A stretch of 64,000 bases of DNA, from positions 35,774,001-35,838,000 of the forward strand of contig NC_087246.1 in assembly GCF_037042905.1 (NCBI RefSeq), in the 5' to 3' direction. The stretch is from Lytechinus pictus. Its lineage: Eukaryota. Position 1 is the stretch's first letter. Every line of letters starts with the position of its first letter. Made by a program: the position numbers and the translations under genes. Below the pieces are notes generated by a model that saw nothing but the letters and a program-made list of their open reading frames with translations, was not told where the DNA came from and did not search any database. This document shows, in pieces, positions 26,350 to 40,900 of this stretch.

Positions 26350-28714
26350 ATGAAAACGTATGGCAAAAAAATGTCAGGTTCAGAAAGGAATCGTGTACGC
26401 TTATTCTTGTGGGTTGTTCCAAGAACTATATCGACAGCCTTGACTAAATGTCTCAGTGCCATCGAAGGAATGGAAGTTTGGTTCGAATGTTTCGTTGCAT
26501 GCAGTGCAGTTCGGAAACAATATCAGCTTGCCACCGGTGAAGATATTCCGATGACCTATGAAGGAAATGAAGAAAAGGCACAACAAGCAGCTACAATATT
26601 TAAGCCTTTCGTCGGCTGCGAAATTGAGCCCTCTCGAATTTTGTAAATATACGGGCTTTATCAATTATCAAAAGCTACCACAATCAACAGTTTGCACTTT
26701 ATTGAATTTCGTCCCATAATTATTTGCTCTTGTTTGAAATCCCCATGATGTCATGATTATACAACTTAGTTGGTATGGCGTGTGTGTGTGTATGTGGGGG
26801 GGGGGGGGTAAGAGTGGATGGGTGTGTGTAAGCGTAATAACTATCAGTATTATTGTTATCACCCCTATTAAACAAAATATGTGAAGTACTCCTTATTACA
26901 ACAGATTACTAATAACACTAACTTATGGATATTTCAATGACAAGTCCATCCCACCAAAAAGTTGATTTGAACAAAGAGAGAAAAATCCAACCAGCATAAC
27001 ACTGAAAATGTCATTAAAATCGGATGTATTTTAGTTTTGCAGAATTGTATAAACAGTTGTATGCACATCCTGGTCGGTATGCCAATGAGGGGATTAATGA
27101 CGTCACTCACTCACTATTTATTTTGTATTTTATCTTATGAAATATGAAATATTCTAATTTTCTCCTCAGTGGAAGGTGAAACTAGTTTTCTTCCTCCAAA
27201 AACATGGGGAATTACAATTGTTTAGACATTTAATGCTTCAGTCAAGCTGGTCCTTATTGTCAAATCTGTAAAAATTGAAATATTGTATAATTCAAACTAT
27301 AAAAAAACAAAAGAATTAGTGAGTGAGGGACATCATCGACTCTCTAATTTGCATGTTCCTGAGTTGTGCATATAACTGTTTTGTGAAAAATAAGCGAAAC
27401 TTTAGAATGTCATAACTTTCTTATTTTACATCCGATTTTGACGAAATTTCAAGCGTTATTCTTGTTTGATTTTTTCCTATATTAATTCAAATCAACATTT
27501 TCTGGGGTGGACTTGACCTTTAAGGATGCTTCTGAACGTATATAGGCTTAAGCATTTGTATTCAGATCAAAATTTTACTTGTACTGTTGCATGGTTTCCT
27601 TATTTTCATGCAAAATTATTTATGTTTCTTAGTCACTTACCTTGGGCAAATGTTGGGATATACATTTTGTCATGGCCTTTGGTGCACCTTACTTTAATCT
27701 GGCACTAATATCTGAATTCATGAATTTCTCCAATTATTTTCAACAAATCAGTTAATTCAAACAACTGGAAATAACTTTCTTCTAGTTTATAGCTTTAGTG
27801 ATAAAGACGCTGTTTTTTCGTTAATGTAGGATTATTCATGATAAAAACGACTTTTTTCACATGTTCCATGATAAATCAATTCCTGTGTAATATTATCGAA
27901 GGGAAAATTTAAATTCACATTTTTTTCATTAAAGAAATGAGCACAGTCTGTGAGCGTATGTTCCTTCACTTATACAACCCTTAATGTGCATATTGCACTT
28001 TTATTGAAATAAGTGAACATTAAATTGTTCCTTCGAACACAAATAAATGTAGGTGAACATCTTTTTTTTTTTCTTTATAGGTTTGCTGATGTGCAGCAGA
28101 AGATAGAATCTTCAGATAGCAGATACATCTTGGCAAAAGAAGGTGGATTCATCTTTCTTGATGATAAATCACGACAATACATACCACGGGGATTTCAACA
28201 CGTCTTCCTAATCCGGGATCCGTATAAAGTCTTCACCTCTTACAAGAAGGCCATTATCAGTCACATGACTCAATTAGGGTTATGGAATGGCGATGCAGAA
28301 TTATTCAACCTTGAGAAGGATGACGCCATACTGAATCCTCGTGAGTTCTTCAGGGAAACTTTCGAACTGTGGAGGTATGTCCGTGACAACGTGAATCCCA
28401 ATCCAATCGTGCTCAACACAGATGATCTGTTGGCCAACCCTGCTGAGGTCCTCTCTAAATTCTGCCATCTGACCGGCCTTCCGTTCAGTGATTCACTTCT
28501 CCAATGGGATGCTTCAGCGGACGCCACCAAGAAGTGGAAATTATCGATCGATCGAGCATTGGATGACCGGATATTTTTCAAGACAGCCACCAATTCCAGT
28601 GGATTTGCACCACCTACACCCGCTATCCCCCTGGACACGGTAGCTCCAGATGTCAGGAGGCTTGCAGAAGCATCAATGCCATACTTCGAGGAAATGAACA
28701 AGTACAAGATGTAA
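26350..28714 (+). CDS. P-loop sulfotransferase-like protein (Sulfotransfer_5 / BCAT-like protein 2 N-terminal type), about 301-308 aa; exons 26350-26642, 28081-28714
   Basis: A phase-2 intron (TT|gtaaat...ttatag|G) joins ORFs 26311-26646 and 28013-28714 in frame. Motifs: 5'-PAPS-binding loop LWVVPRTISTAL, 3'-PB motif HVFLIRDPYKVFTS, and the segment DDLLANPAEVLSKFC..TGLPFSDSLLQW. No signal peptide or TM segment. An acceptor at 26344 implies an upstream non-coding exon. The start is 26350 or 26371. Confidence 0.85.
26937..27519. mobile_element. TTAA-type (Kolobok-like) palindromic MITE in the sulfotransferase intron
   Basis: caagtcca...ggggtggacttgacct|ttaa. Same family as 42128-42723. Confidence 0.75.
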
Positions 28715-29237
28715 TCAATATATACCAAGAGTTTCATCTGTTCACTGTTTAACATAAAGCTGATAATTCTGGCTAATGAAAATCACTATTCAGTAAAATT
28801 GGGAAAGAATTGATGCCTCATATGTCTTAGTATTGCATATTGCCTATTTTTCACTATTTAATCAACAGCCTGAAATGGAAAATAATTTCATGCAGGTCTG
28901 TAATTAGCAGGAATAAGATATTTTTTTTTAATAACGCCCATAGAATGTGGCGCCGGAAGTATTTTCTGATCTTTCGTCCTTTCGATTATCTGTCCCGCGT
29001 ATACAGGTCATAGAGGATAATCTTAAATCTGAAAATATATCGTTCTCTTAATATATCTCAACTTACGAGTGTGAATTCATAATACAATATGCTGTTATTT
29101 GCAGCTACTTTAACACTGATCTTGCAGTAGCAAGTAAATGAATATGAAAGCAAATCGACAGCATGTTGAGGGTGATGGAAGGACTTTTTGCTCTTCCTTT
29201 CACTCTCATGATATCACTATACTCATGGCAACATATT

Positions 29238-29497
29238 GGCCCGAATTCACAAAGGTGGTTTTTGCAGAAACCATGGTTTCAACCGTGGGTTTTACTGATT
29301 TTGCGATTCACAAAGGTGGTTTCAAATGAAACCATGGTTTCAACCGTGGGTTTTCGGCATGATTTTGAGTCAACTGTTTTAGGTGGTTTCAAACCGTGGG
29401 TTTTAGAAACCATGGTTTTTGAAAAACCATGGTTTCTAAAACCCACGGTTTCTAAAAACCATGGTTTCAAACGAAACCACCTTTGTGAATTCGGGCC
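29238..29497. mobile_element. PIF/Harbinger-like MITE with 3-bp TSD
   Basis: Perfect TIRs ggcccgaattcacaaaggtggttt / aaaccacctttgtgaattcgggcc with ATT on both flanks. Internal AAACCATGGTTT repeats. Confidence 0.85.
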
Positions 29498-30763
29498 ATT
29501 AAGTTTACATATAGGTTTATGTAACGCTCTGCATTTATTCGTGTCCTTCAGTTAATTGAATTGGTATTTCTGGCTTACATCCAGTAAAAGAGTTCGCATG
29601 TTCGATCTGGTCATAAGGCAGAAAACTTATCATAACCATTAAGATTTGAACCTTTCGTCAAATACCAACCAAGTAGTGTCTGCAATGTAATTATATGAGT
29701 TTTTTTTCTCTTAAAAATCGATATTATAGATGTAGTAATAGAACATGATGGAAACACAAGTAACACAGAAAATGTGTTACCTACTGTCCATTAAATAAAA
29801 CAACCAAAATTTTTTGCTTGTAACTAGTAAACATTGACCAACACTCTTAAAATGGGTTGGGGTTAATAAAAACTAAAGTGCTGGTAAAGTAAATATCTCT
29901 TCTATAAATGGAAATGAAATAGTGTCGCAGTACGTGCTTCACGGGGTGTGTTTGCTGCCGGAAACACAAAATAACTTCATTGTGTCAAGTTTTAGAATTT
30001 TAGCAGTATGTCACATTTTTTATGATTATAGTTTACATTGTGAACTCACTGTATGACGATGCATTCTTTCCAGCATAGATATTGCTGGTCACAAATATTG
30101 GTAAAGATTAAATGATTTTATTGATCAAATGTACCAGAATTTTGCAGTTAGTTTTGTCGAACTTCCTTGGCAAACATTTTTTTGTTTCACAAACATTTTC
30201 ATTTTTTGTTCCCCCCAAAAAAATCGCCCAAAATCAAAAGAATTAGTTATTGGATTTACCTTTTTGCTTTTTTTTCATTTCCATGTTTGTCAAAAATCGT
30301 AAACATGAGGTTTCTAACAGAGATGACTTCTGCCTTTACTATCTTTTCTCCCTTCCCAACTCCTCTTTTCAGTTTGTAAAATATCTTATAATTTTGTAAT
30401 AAATTTAGTTACTTGAATATCTTTGAGTAATGTCTTCTATCCTTCTGTTTTGTTTACTTATCCAGTTTCCTTTTTTGATCAGTTCTCTCTGTACAGATTC
30501 TCTGTATAAAATACGAGAATTCGGCAGTCAGCTGGTTAATGGTACTTTTTCTCCCTCTTCTCCCTCCCGTTCTCGTTTCTCTCTGCAGTTGGCATCCTCA
30601 CCGGGTTACATAACCTGACTTATATTTTCAAGCGTTTCCTGAATAACAACTTTGCCACATTAATTCACATTGTATCGTAAGGGAAAGGGTTGGGAAATAT
30701 GATCAACATCAGCACCGGAGAACATGTTAGCTTTTTCTATTTATGTTTCTTCTCCCTATCTTA

Positions 30764-30796
<33 letters not shown>

Positions 30797-31774
30797 CCTA
30801 TCTATTTTACTATCTATCTACATTACATCTATATATATCTGTCTATGCTTTTCTGCTGCTATAATTTGAATGTCCTCTTTCTCTCAGTGATGTTTACACA
30901 CACTTTCTCCGACGAGCACTTTATCCAAACTCATTTTCATTAGTACTATATATTCAACGTTTCATGTCATCAGCAGTTCATTTCACGTTTTCTTTTCATA
31001 GGAAGCGCTATTCATTATCATAGACCAAAGTTATTTATCAATAAACAGACTTTGTATTGAATACTGAAGGTATTTAATATTTTATTCAATTCTAAACACT
31101 ATAGGATCAAAATTTACAAACACAAATACAAACCAAATATATACATCTACGGAAAGGAAAATAGTACCAAACTATACAGAAAAAAAAAAAAAGAAATAAC
31201 GGTTTTTCATATTGGAAACAACATGTGGTTTTGTTTTCCAAATATGTGTTCATGGCGGTTTATAATAAGCTAGGTAACTTAGTCGTAGATTTAAATCATT
31301 GGAATTATTTTGGTGCACAAATGTTCGGGAAATTATTACTCATATCTAACTCGGCTAAGCAAATTTCTTACTGTGGAAAGGAATGGAAAAATGAAATTGC
31401 TTAACGATTAAAATGGGGAAAAATAAATCAAATGAAAAATAAATCACAAACTATAATTTTCAACCAAAATAAAACAAATTATATAATGTCAAACAAATTA
31501 TACAATGTCAAACAAATCATAATCCATTAAGACTATTAAAAACAAATCTAATCGGACAAAATATAATTTAATTCAAATTAATTCACATAAAGTCTAATCA
31601 AATAATATAGTATAGGCTTTTTTAAATGTAATGAGAATGAAATAAATCAAATCAAATTAATCAAATTAATTTAGGCCTAATTACAATATATGGAAGCAAA
31701 TCGGAGTGTGCAGCATTTTGAGCGAGAGTCGTGGGATTCTATTCCAAGGCGGGTTCAGACTTCTCTAGAAATCT

Positions 31775-34700
31775 TCAGTCAATTCTCCTGGACCGAGTAG
31801 TTGTCTTGGCTGTCGTGCTAGGTGTCTCATTGGTCACTGTGGCCATTTCTGTAAAAAGAGAATAAATATAGACATCTATATATAGACATACACACGAACA
31901 CACACCCTATTTTATGTGAACTGAAGTGGAGAGACCTGTGTGGAAGATTGGACATTTCGGGCAGGCTGGTAGTCTTCGGTCTTTCTGAAAAACCGAAAAT
32001 CAACCTGCTCGAAACGTCAGGTCTTCTCTCCTGCTACACAGCTTTGCATGATGTCCTTATAAAATACAAATGTATACGTATTTTCGTCAGATTTTAGCAT
32101 TATACCAAGAAACTGAGTGTTCACCTTTCCGTTTTATTTAGGCCTATTCTTTTTTTACGCGCAAACACACACAAAAAAAGTATTTAAAAAATACATGGAA
32201 TAATGCAAATATAGAAGTAGTAGAATAAGAATAAGAAGGAGAAGAACGATAGAAAGAAGAACAAGATGTAGCGGAAGAAGAACAAGAAGGAAGAGAATGA
32301 GAAGAAAAAAAAGAAAAGGGAGAAGAAGGAGGAAAGGGAGGAGGTGAAGATGAATAAGAAAAACAAGAACAAGATGAAGGAACAGAACAAGAAGAAGAAA
32401 AAGGGAGAAGAAGCAGGAGGAGGAAAGAGGAAAAAGGAGAAATAAGAGGAAGAAGAAGGATAAGAAGAAAAATGGAGAAGGAGAAAGAGCAGGTAGAGAG
32501 GAAAAAGAAGGAGAAGATGAAAAGGGAGAAGAATGAGGAGGAGAAGGGGGAAAAGGCCGGTTATTGCTACACTCACACCGGCGAAATTCAGGATAAACTC
32601 CAGATCAACAAAGGCATTTAGCTTAAATGCCTACCATCGGACAGTTATTTAGTATGTTTGGTTCGTGTGAACAGGTGAATGTATCATCAATGGGTGGGCT
32701 GGCTTTCATGTAGCCAATTAGCCCAAATTCTACTCACGATCGCAGTCCATGACGTTTTCTTTCCCGTTACACACGGCATCCATCGTAGCACATCCATCCC
32801 GTAGACGAATCACTGTAGTTCCATCAGGAGAAAAGCACATCTTGCCCGGTTTGTTGGCCTCGATCAGGTATTTCTCGATCATGTCGTGGTTTGCACCAGG
32901 TACCTCGATCTCGTCGACTTCGTCAATGACCTCCTCGTAGACGTCGGGATCGCACTTCCCTCCTTCGTCCGCGACTTCCTCGGCGAACAATGTACATGCA
33001 TCGCTCAGGTAAAGGGCGGCCTTTGATATGAAAACTGTAAGGAAGAGGGCAAAAATAATCCGATTGCATCCTGACATGCTTCATAAATTATAGCCCTAAA
33101 CAAACACTGATAAAAGGGATGATGATGACTTTGTTGTTGTTGTTGTTGCTGATGGTGGTGGTGATGATGATGATGATGATGATGAAACGATAATAACACT
33201 GAAAATACCAATGACAACAAAAATGTTGAATTATGATATCTATGATAAAAAATAGATATGATAACAAATGATGATAGTCATGATAATCATGATGCTTATA
33301 ATAGTAATAATAGCAGTTGTATGAATAGTGATGATAACGTCGTTTATAAATCGCTCGAAATATTTATATTTTAGATCAAAATAATTCCACTCTTTCCCCG
33401 CTCTCTCAAATATAACAGAGTTCTATGGATTCAATTTATTTGTACAATTTTGTTTGATGCATAATCCAATCTTGATTATATGCTGTTTTATCATCAAATG
33501 CTATATTGTCATTGGGCAAAGTGTAGTGGTTCAACCCCCCCCCCCCCGCAAACCCCGTCTACACCCCGTCCTCTGAGTTATAAAATGTTTGATTATACTG
33601 TATTACAATAAATTGATATGATTGAGTGCTGTATGAGAACCTAATATTTTATTTGCATGGTATCCCTTTACAAAATTAGAACACTTACCATTTGCCTGTG
33701 TTTCCTTAACCAAAGAAGAGCAAAGGCACATCAGACAAAAGATACAGGAAAGCTTCACCTGAGAGTCAATCAAAAGGCATCGCAGACAATGTAATTCGAT
33801 TCATTTCACTTTCGGTGATTAAGATAGAGTTTTCTGGACCTGACCAATACGACAATTTCTCCCCTTTTGTTTTAAAGAACAAGACTTAATTGGAATCAAG
33901 TTACGGACGCATGACAATACCTATGAGTGACGATTCAGTATTTAATGATTAAAGATACAAAACTAGAGACCTCTTACTCGATTAAGGTCCAATCTCATCA
34001 AAGCTTTAAATGAAGAGCTCACTTGCAAAATGGGTTAGGTCCATTTTTCATCATTTTTTATTTTTATGTCTCAATGTATAAATTTTTAGTAGCTCTATAA
34101 GATGATACCAAAGAAAAGTTGAAATTTCTATCAAAAAGTATACCAAAATGGCAAAGAAAAATCACTTTTTTTCAAAAGGGGTTAGGTCCATTTCAGTTTA
34201 GTTGCAAAAGGGGTTAGGTCCACACATAATCTTTTTGGAAAAGAATATCTTAAAAAATATGAAGACAGGTAATTTTCTTTTATACCCAATTTAATGTTAT
34301 CATGGTAGTGTATCATGAAAATTCAGTTTCGCATAAGAATATTGCAATATGGGAGAATTAAAAAAATTATATTCTTGGAGTGGACCTAACCCCTTTTGCA
34401 ACTAAACTGTTCTGAAGAACTCATTTGTCAAAAGGGGTTAGGTCAATTTTTCATAAATTTTATTGTTTTCTGTCTCTAAACCTCTAAATGTTTAGTCACT
34501 CTGATGATACAAAAGAAAATTTGAAATTCAAATGAAAACGTGAATGAAAGTGGCAAAGAAAAATCAATTTTTTAATAAAAAAAGATTGGATCCATTTCAG
34601 TTTACTTGCAAAAGGGGTTAGGTCCACGATGATAATTTGTTTTTTAATATATAGAAAAAGAATTGAAGACAGGTAGATTTTTTTTATACCCAATCATATG

Positions 34701-34890
34701 TTCATATCATTCACATATATTCACATTATGGTCGTGAGCCTGATGTAACTATTATCACAAATTGTGGAAGTTTTTTTTTTGTAATAAAGATTGTATAATG
34801 CATATAGTTTTGTCATGTCCCCTACTTCAAAAAAATTGCGATAAACCCAGGCGATAAACGAATCTTTTGTCAACTTACCGAAATTCCCAT
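31775..34890 (-). CDS. G4: secreted six-Cys domain protein, 150 aa, closest to G3; exons 34879-34890, 33689-33758, 32738-33034, 31775-31848
   Basis: Spliced CDS 453 nt: MGIS|VKLSCIFCLMCLCSSLVKETQAN|VFISKAALYLSDACTLF...DGCATMDAVCNGKENVMDCD|QMATVTNETPSTTAKTTTRSRRID*. Exons 1-3 have the same lengths as in G3 (12/70/297). TATAAAA at 35085-35091 (-). Confidence 0.87.
32200..32560. repeat. Purine-rich (GAA/GAG) low-complexity tract in G4 intron 3 (a similar tract lies at 2940-3140 in G1 intron 3)
   Basis: Visible directly in the sequence. Confidence 0.9.
34013..34700. mobile_element. MITE with AAAAGGGGTTAGGTCC subterminal repeats plus an adjacent partial tandem copy, in G4 intron 1
   Basis: The motif occurs several times forward, inverted at ~34382-34400, then repeats again from ~34415. 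Confidence 0.6.
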
Positions 34891-35055
34891 GATGACCGTG
34901 CTCCCTCTCGTGTTAATAGTAAATTTGAAGACGAAGCCTTAATTCAAACTGAAATATTGCCAAGAGAATATTTAGAACAATAACCACAGACGATGGCTCG
35001 AGGAATCTATTGCCAAATGAAGATAAAGCTTATAGTCTGAGCCAATCTAAGAGAT

Positions 35056-35091
35056 GAATGATGTTAGGATGAGACGAGTTAGACTTTTATA
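35056..35091 (-). promoter_or_regulatory. G4 core promoter (TATA + Inr)
   Basis: TATAAAA lies 32 nt upstream of TCATTC. Confidence 0.65.
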
Positions 35092-36879
35092 ACTTTTTTT
35101 ATTAACCTCGACATGATTCATTTTCATGTATATTTGAAAAGGAAAACGTAGATGTTTTTGGAGATAACATCCCAACATTTGTTACAGCAACTAGCTGTTG
35201 TAGAACTGAAGGAAATTTCATTAATTGAACGAGATTTGCCCTCCAAAACGCTGAACGGTTGTCACTCGAACTGTTATCAGTAAATCTTCATGAACAGCAA
35301 TACTATATGAATATGGGAAGGAAATAAAAAAACATCTGCATTCTGCAAAATAATGAAATCATCATCAACAAAATAATGTAAATTCGTGAGGATGTTCACC
35401 TTCGAAGACTTATAATGCTCATGGCTCCTCCAAATGGCATTGGTTCACTGTCATTTATAGGGTGCGGACTAATAATAATCCATGCATGTTCGGTTAATGA
35501 ATTTAATGAAGGGATTAGAAAGATCATCGCGAGCATATTTTTTACGATGGAAAGAGCAGGTCATTTGCGATTTTTTTAAAATACTAGTGTAAATGCCCTA
35601 GATTCAAAGAGATTTGTTTATATTTTAAAGTATATTATAGACCAACTGAAGTAAGAGGGATATCTTCGCAAAATATAGTTTAAGAATGCAAATATCAAAA
35701 GAAGACAAGCGCTCGAAATAATACAATGGATATCATAAAAATGATCGCTGAGAAATATCACCAAAAACTAAAAGTGAAATTAAAAGGATCTGTAGACAGT
35801 GATGTTTTTACTTCATAAAAGTGCAAAGTCAAAAGGTCAGAGGGTAAAGGTAGAACTGAACAATAATATTTTGCAGAAAGATGGGCCATAAGGGTTTCTC
35901 CCGATGAGTGGCTCTTTAAATCGGAAACGTTGGCGGAATAGTTTTGGATTTAGGTAAGATTATTGTCAGTGCCATTAATTTGTATACTAGAGGTCATGCA
36001 AGGACAACTTATGGATACTATGACTCAACAAGCATATCTGCTTATAATAGTTAGCCTCTGTTTTTCATTTTTATTATTAAACCATGTGCTTACAGTAAAA
36101 ATTATGTTTTCACTCCTCTATTATAAAAATGGCACATGGTAATATATTTTACTATGTCATATTACTTTTATGTAAGGCCTATTATAAATTTATTTCGATT
36201 ACGCGATCATCACTGGCATACAAACAATGTAGAAACCCCTGCAAAAATGTTGTATTTTTATCTTTCTTTTGTAGATTGAACAAAAAATGATTGGTTTGAA
36301 TTGGATGAAAATGGTTTGAATTTGCATTGATTTATTATTAATTTGTAGATGACTCGATAGAATTTCTTCTTTGAAATAAAACTTGTTGGCATTTCAAAGA
36401 TGTATTGACGAGATTTCACCCCTTATTGGCACCTATGGGTATGACACAGAAAAAAGGGAAATGTTCTTGTGATGTTTAGGCCCTCAATCAAACCTTCCTC
36501 TGAATAAAATGAGATGAATCCAATCAGCTGGACCAAGAACTAACACCTCTTTGTATGGTCACAGGTGTTAAACGTCAAGCCAGAATCAAATTTGTATAGC
36601 TTTAGCGATATGAATATCATCGATAGAGTCTGACACTGTCGCACAGCTGAAAATGTCCTGAAAAAAAAACCACCTCAGATTTGAAATTATTGGGCTGTCG
36701 AATTGTTCATGATTACTAATGACATGTATACAATTCTAAATCGATACCAAATACAGTAGATTTCAAAGCAAAACAGATTATAAATTGTTCAGAACATTAC
36801 AAGTCAAACTGAATATGAATCAAGTTCGAAGAAGTGTTAGCGCATAACGAAGCGATTTAACTGATCATGAGAGCATTAA

Positions 36880-37464
36880 AGGGAAATGAAACCCTTGGAA
36901 CAAGTAGGCTTGTGTCCAAACAGAAAAATCAAAGAATAAGAACAAAGAAAGTTTGAGAAAAATCGGACAAATAAGGAGAAAGTTATGAGCATTTGAATAT
37001 TGCAATCACTAATGCTATGGAGATCCTCCCATTGGCAATGCGACAAGGATGTGTGATGTCACATGTGAACAACTTTCCCAATGATGGACTATAAAATACC
37101 CCCAAAATGTATCTTTTTGCTTTTTCTTATGGTGATACAAACTCTTTATACATGATGTATTCTTTAAAAATCTGTATTACATGCCCTCCTATAGAAAGAA
37201 TATATGCTCTACTGATAGATGTGAAAAAAGAGGCAGTTTAAGTGAAATATATACTAAAGTAATGGGGAGAGTTGTTCACAAGTGACATCACACATCTTTG
37301 TCGCATTGCCAATTTGAGGATCTCCATATCATTAGTGATCGCAATATTCAAGTGCTCATAACTTTCTCATTATTTGTCCGATTTTTCTCAAAATTTCGTT
37401 GATCTGTTTCTTTGATTTTTCTGTTTTCACACAAGCTACCTTGTTCCAAAGGTTTCATTCTCCT
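36880..37464. mobile_element. TTAA-flanked (Kolobok-like) palindromic MITE
   Basis: ttaa|agggaaatgaaacccttggaacaag ... cttgttccaaaggtttcattctcct|ttaa, with long inverted arms. Confidence 0.85.
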
Positions 37465-37972
37465 TTAATATAATATTTTTTAATTGTGTATGAATGATCT
37501 GGTGCACATTTTTTTAGATAATCACTTGCGAAAATTTTAATTAGAAATGGAAATAGTTTCTTTATAATTAGTGCTTAATATTAACTGCTGGCAAGATTTT
37601 GATCTATCATGCTGGGTATACATTCAACACAATGGTAAGCCTCACTCACCTTCTCTATAATGACGGCAAGGACGGGTAGCTTGGCGAAGCTTCAATTGTT
37701 TCCATGGTAACGCTAATATTATACATCCGCTACATTGTATGCACAAAATACAATGTGTTCTTAACCACAGAATGTGAGAAAACTTTTTTTCGGCAAGTTT
37801 CTTGCGATTGTTTGGACAAATTTAAAACAAAGTTTATTTCTGATCTTATCTAGTTAGGAGCACGATCATTCAAGTCTTTGCTTAGCAAATATCATAAGTA
37901 TTACTTGATTTTGGATTATCGGTATTCGGATTTTAAAGAAATCTATTAACAGGATTTTCCCCCTTTTTAAAG

Positions 37973-40900
37973 ATGACAACAATGGTAAGAGATATAATCT
38001 TTCATAACTTTAAGGGAGTAATTTATGTAACTTTTATATAACTAACGTGATATTTTGTTTTTAAAAAAAATGCCAATTTGTAACGTTTCGTCGATTTGGT
38101 ATGGATATTTTACCATCAAACATTACTCAATCAGAATTCTGCTGTGTATTTTCATATTATGAATAAGGACATGCATGCATATGCTGAATATACTTATATT
38201 TTCACTCAACATCAATCATTCTGATTAACATAATGCCTGAAAATTTGATACGATTAGAGAAATATACTCTTAGATAAGGTTTATGTGCGTTTGAAGGTCT
38301 TTTTATCGGGGGGGGGGGGTCAATTCAGAAGTTTGGGATATGTCAAGTTATCTAACCTGCGTAACAATTTTTTATTTTAGCAAATCAACTCACCTTCACA
38401 GTATCTTTGTCCCAATGTGGTCTGGAGTAATTCTTGCCATTTAAATTTCCTTTAAAGATAAAACATGGTTATAAGCTTTATTGTTAAGGATTATTAAAAA
38501 TTTACACAGGCGGAACCCCGGGCGGAACTTGAAACTATGGGAATGTGATCGCGCGAGTTTAGGGGTCAGTACTTTCCACACAAAAAACTGTGGTGCCACG
38601 TGCGTACAACGAAATAGTTCAATGCAACGTATCGCAATTTAACATCTTGTTGCATCTTCATGTGTGGGTCAATGTTCTTTAAATAAATGCTTTAAATAGG
38701 TTGGGCCAATAGTTGCCCTACATTGGGTTCAAATGGAAATTTTTTGGGTAACAACAGTACGTTTTCTGGACGATTTTTACACATCATTGGTTAAATTTGC
38801 ACAACCTTATTCCTAGTTTATGCACGTTGCGTTTTTTTTCCAATTTTGCATAAACCCTTCTTTTAGAGTGCAGGTAGGCGCAATCTTAATAATCTTCTGC
38901 ATTTGAAATAACTCTAATAGTAAATTGTTTGCTTCTTTCTATTGTTTCAGATAAGAATTACCCAAATCGCTGTCTCTCTCGTCATAGGCTTTGCTGTAAT
39001 ACAATATACAATCGGTAAGAAATAGTTAGAAATTTGTATGATAAGTATATGACCTGGTATGGAGCATGATGCCCTTGTTTAACAAATGATTGAGAGGAAG
39101 AGTACAGTAGGGGGTAGGCCCCCTTCATCCTATAAGAGAGAGAGAGTCAGAGAGAAACAGAAAAAAGTGGTACGGTCGAGGGAAAACCAAATAGTAACAA
39201 AAAAGAACAAGAAAATAGTGAAATAATTTGTTTGCCTGGCCTTTTATGATGAAACTTTGTGACATCTTTAAGATTCAAATTTTAAACCGTTTTTTTCTTG
39301 CTCTCTGGCTTCGCTCGCTCGATACTATCTGCGAGTTGTTTCCTTAAGGGCACTCTCAGTACCCTCAGTTGTTGTTTTACTCAATATGCAAATGGTAGGC
39401 GAAGTCCTTGTAATTTGATAGTTTGTGAGTTTGTTTGACACTAGGCTTACATAGTACCTTTCTATACTTGAACTTATTCCTTCAAATAACTTAAGCATCC
39501 AATCACGTGACCAAACCTCAAATTATTTACCCGGGTTTTTTTTCTCCTCTCAGCCAAAAAACCAGAACCTGACCGAAGCATTGCAGCAGTGGTGATGTCC
39601 CTGTGCACCCCATACCAGGAGGCTAAGAAGGAATATGACATGAAATGCAACAGAACCCTCACCGATGGGTTGAAAGGGCATTCCGATAAAGCTAAGATTT
39701 TCATTGAGGCTGCCGACAGCAAGACGTACTGCACGGGGAACGAGAACGAAGGATCGTTGCTTCGTTTTGACACGGCATGTCATGTGATTGCTCATCTCTG
39801 TGACTACATGCAACTTGGAGAACTGATGAAGTGCCCCCATGCTCGTAAGTATCACCCCCTTATAATTTCAGATTTGAATCTGACGGGGCTGTGCCGCCGA
39901 CTATTAAATTCTAAGTGTCTTTATTGGCTAAATATTTATCAAAATTTCCCCGATCTAGCTTCCGCTCAAAGGGCTAGAAACCACTTTTGTTTTATATTTT
40001 TTTATTGTGGAGGGGGTAGTCCTACAACATTTTGTGCTTCATATTATTTCTATCTGAAAATGGAACATTCTATGCACTTTTTGTAATCATGAACAAGATG
40101 CGTAATCAACGGAACAATACCAGCGTGAAGCGCGGGCTGATTTTTTTTTACATAAGAAAAGGGGATTTTTAAGGACATTTTTTGCAAGAGCTCATTTTGA
40201 AGATATAGAAAAATAATGTGAGCACAAAGCGCGATTTGAATTTTTTTGTAACATTCTGAACTTAAAAAAGAGAAATTTTAATCACGTTTTGTAAATGAAA
40301 AACAGGATGCGCATCTCACTTAATAACTGACCCGAATAAGGAACGCTTCAAGCACTGGCTGACATAGGAAGGCTGTGAAGAGGGCAGGTATCTCAGATAT
40401 AAGTAATGTGAAGGCGGAGCATGAGCTTATCTTTTTTATCATTAAAACTGGGACATTCAATGCATTTTTGCAGTCATGAACTTATGTATATGTCAAATAT
40501 TAGTGCAAGCGTGAGATTTTTTTTAATGATATGTACTGGTCTAATCAAATAATACTGGCGAATGTCAGCCCGAGTTTTGTTTATTTAGACCTGAAAAAGT
40601 GACATTTTTGCACTCTTTTCTCATCGTAAACATGATATGTATATTTTTATTTCAGATGAACTTTGGATTGTAATGGTCATGATGACGATCAAGATCAATC
40701 TAGACACTCAGGCCCCCCAAAAATAGGCTATCCAATATATTCAAAGGTTTCAGTATTTGCACATCTGTCAAAGGTTAAAGGCTCTGGGCTGATTATATTT
40801 ATATCTCAATAAATAGAGTAAAATTCATAGAGCAACACGCTGAAAGTTTTATCAAAATTGGATAAAAAATAACAAAGTTATTGAATTTTTAAGATTTGCA

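Noticed and set aside
28270-28755. 161-aa antisense ORF (also 3441-3677, 21937-22182, 32749-32940, 39550-39855, 45583-45921)
   Set aside because: These are shadow frames of real coding exons.
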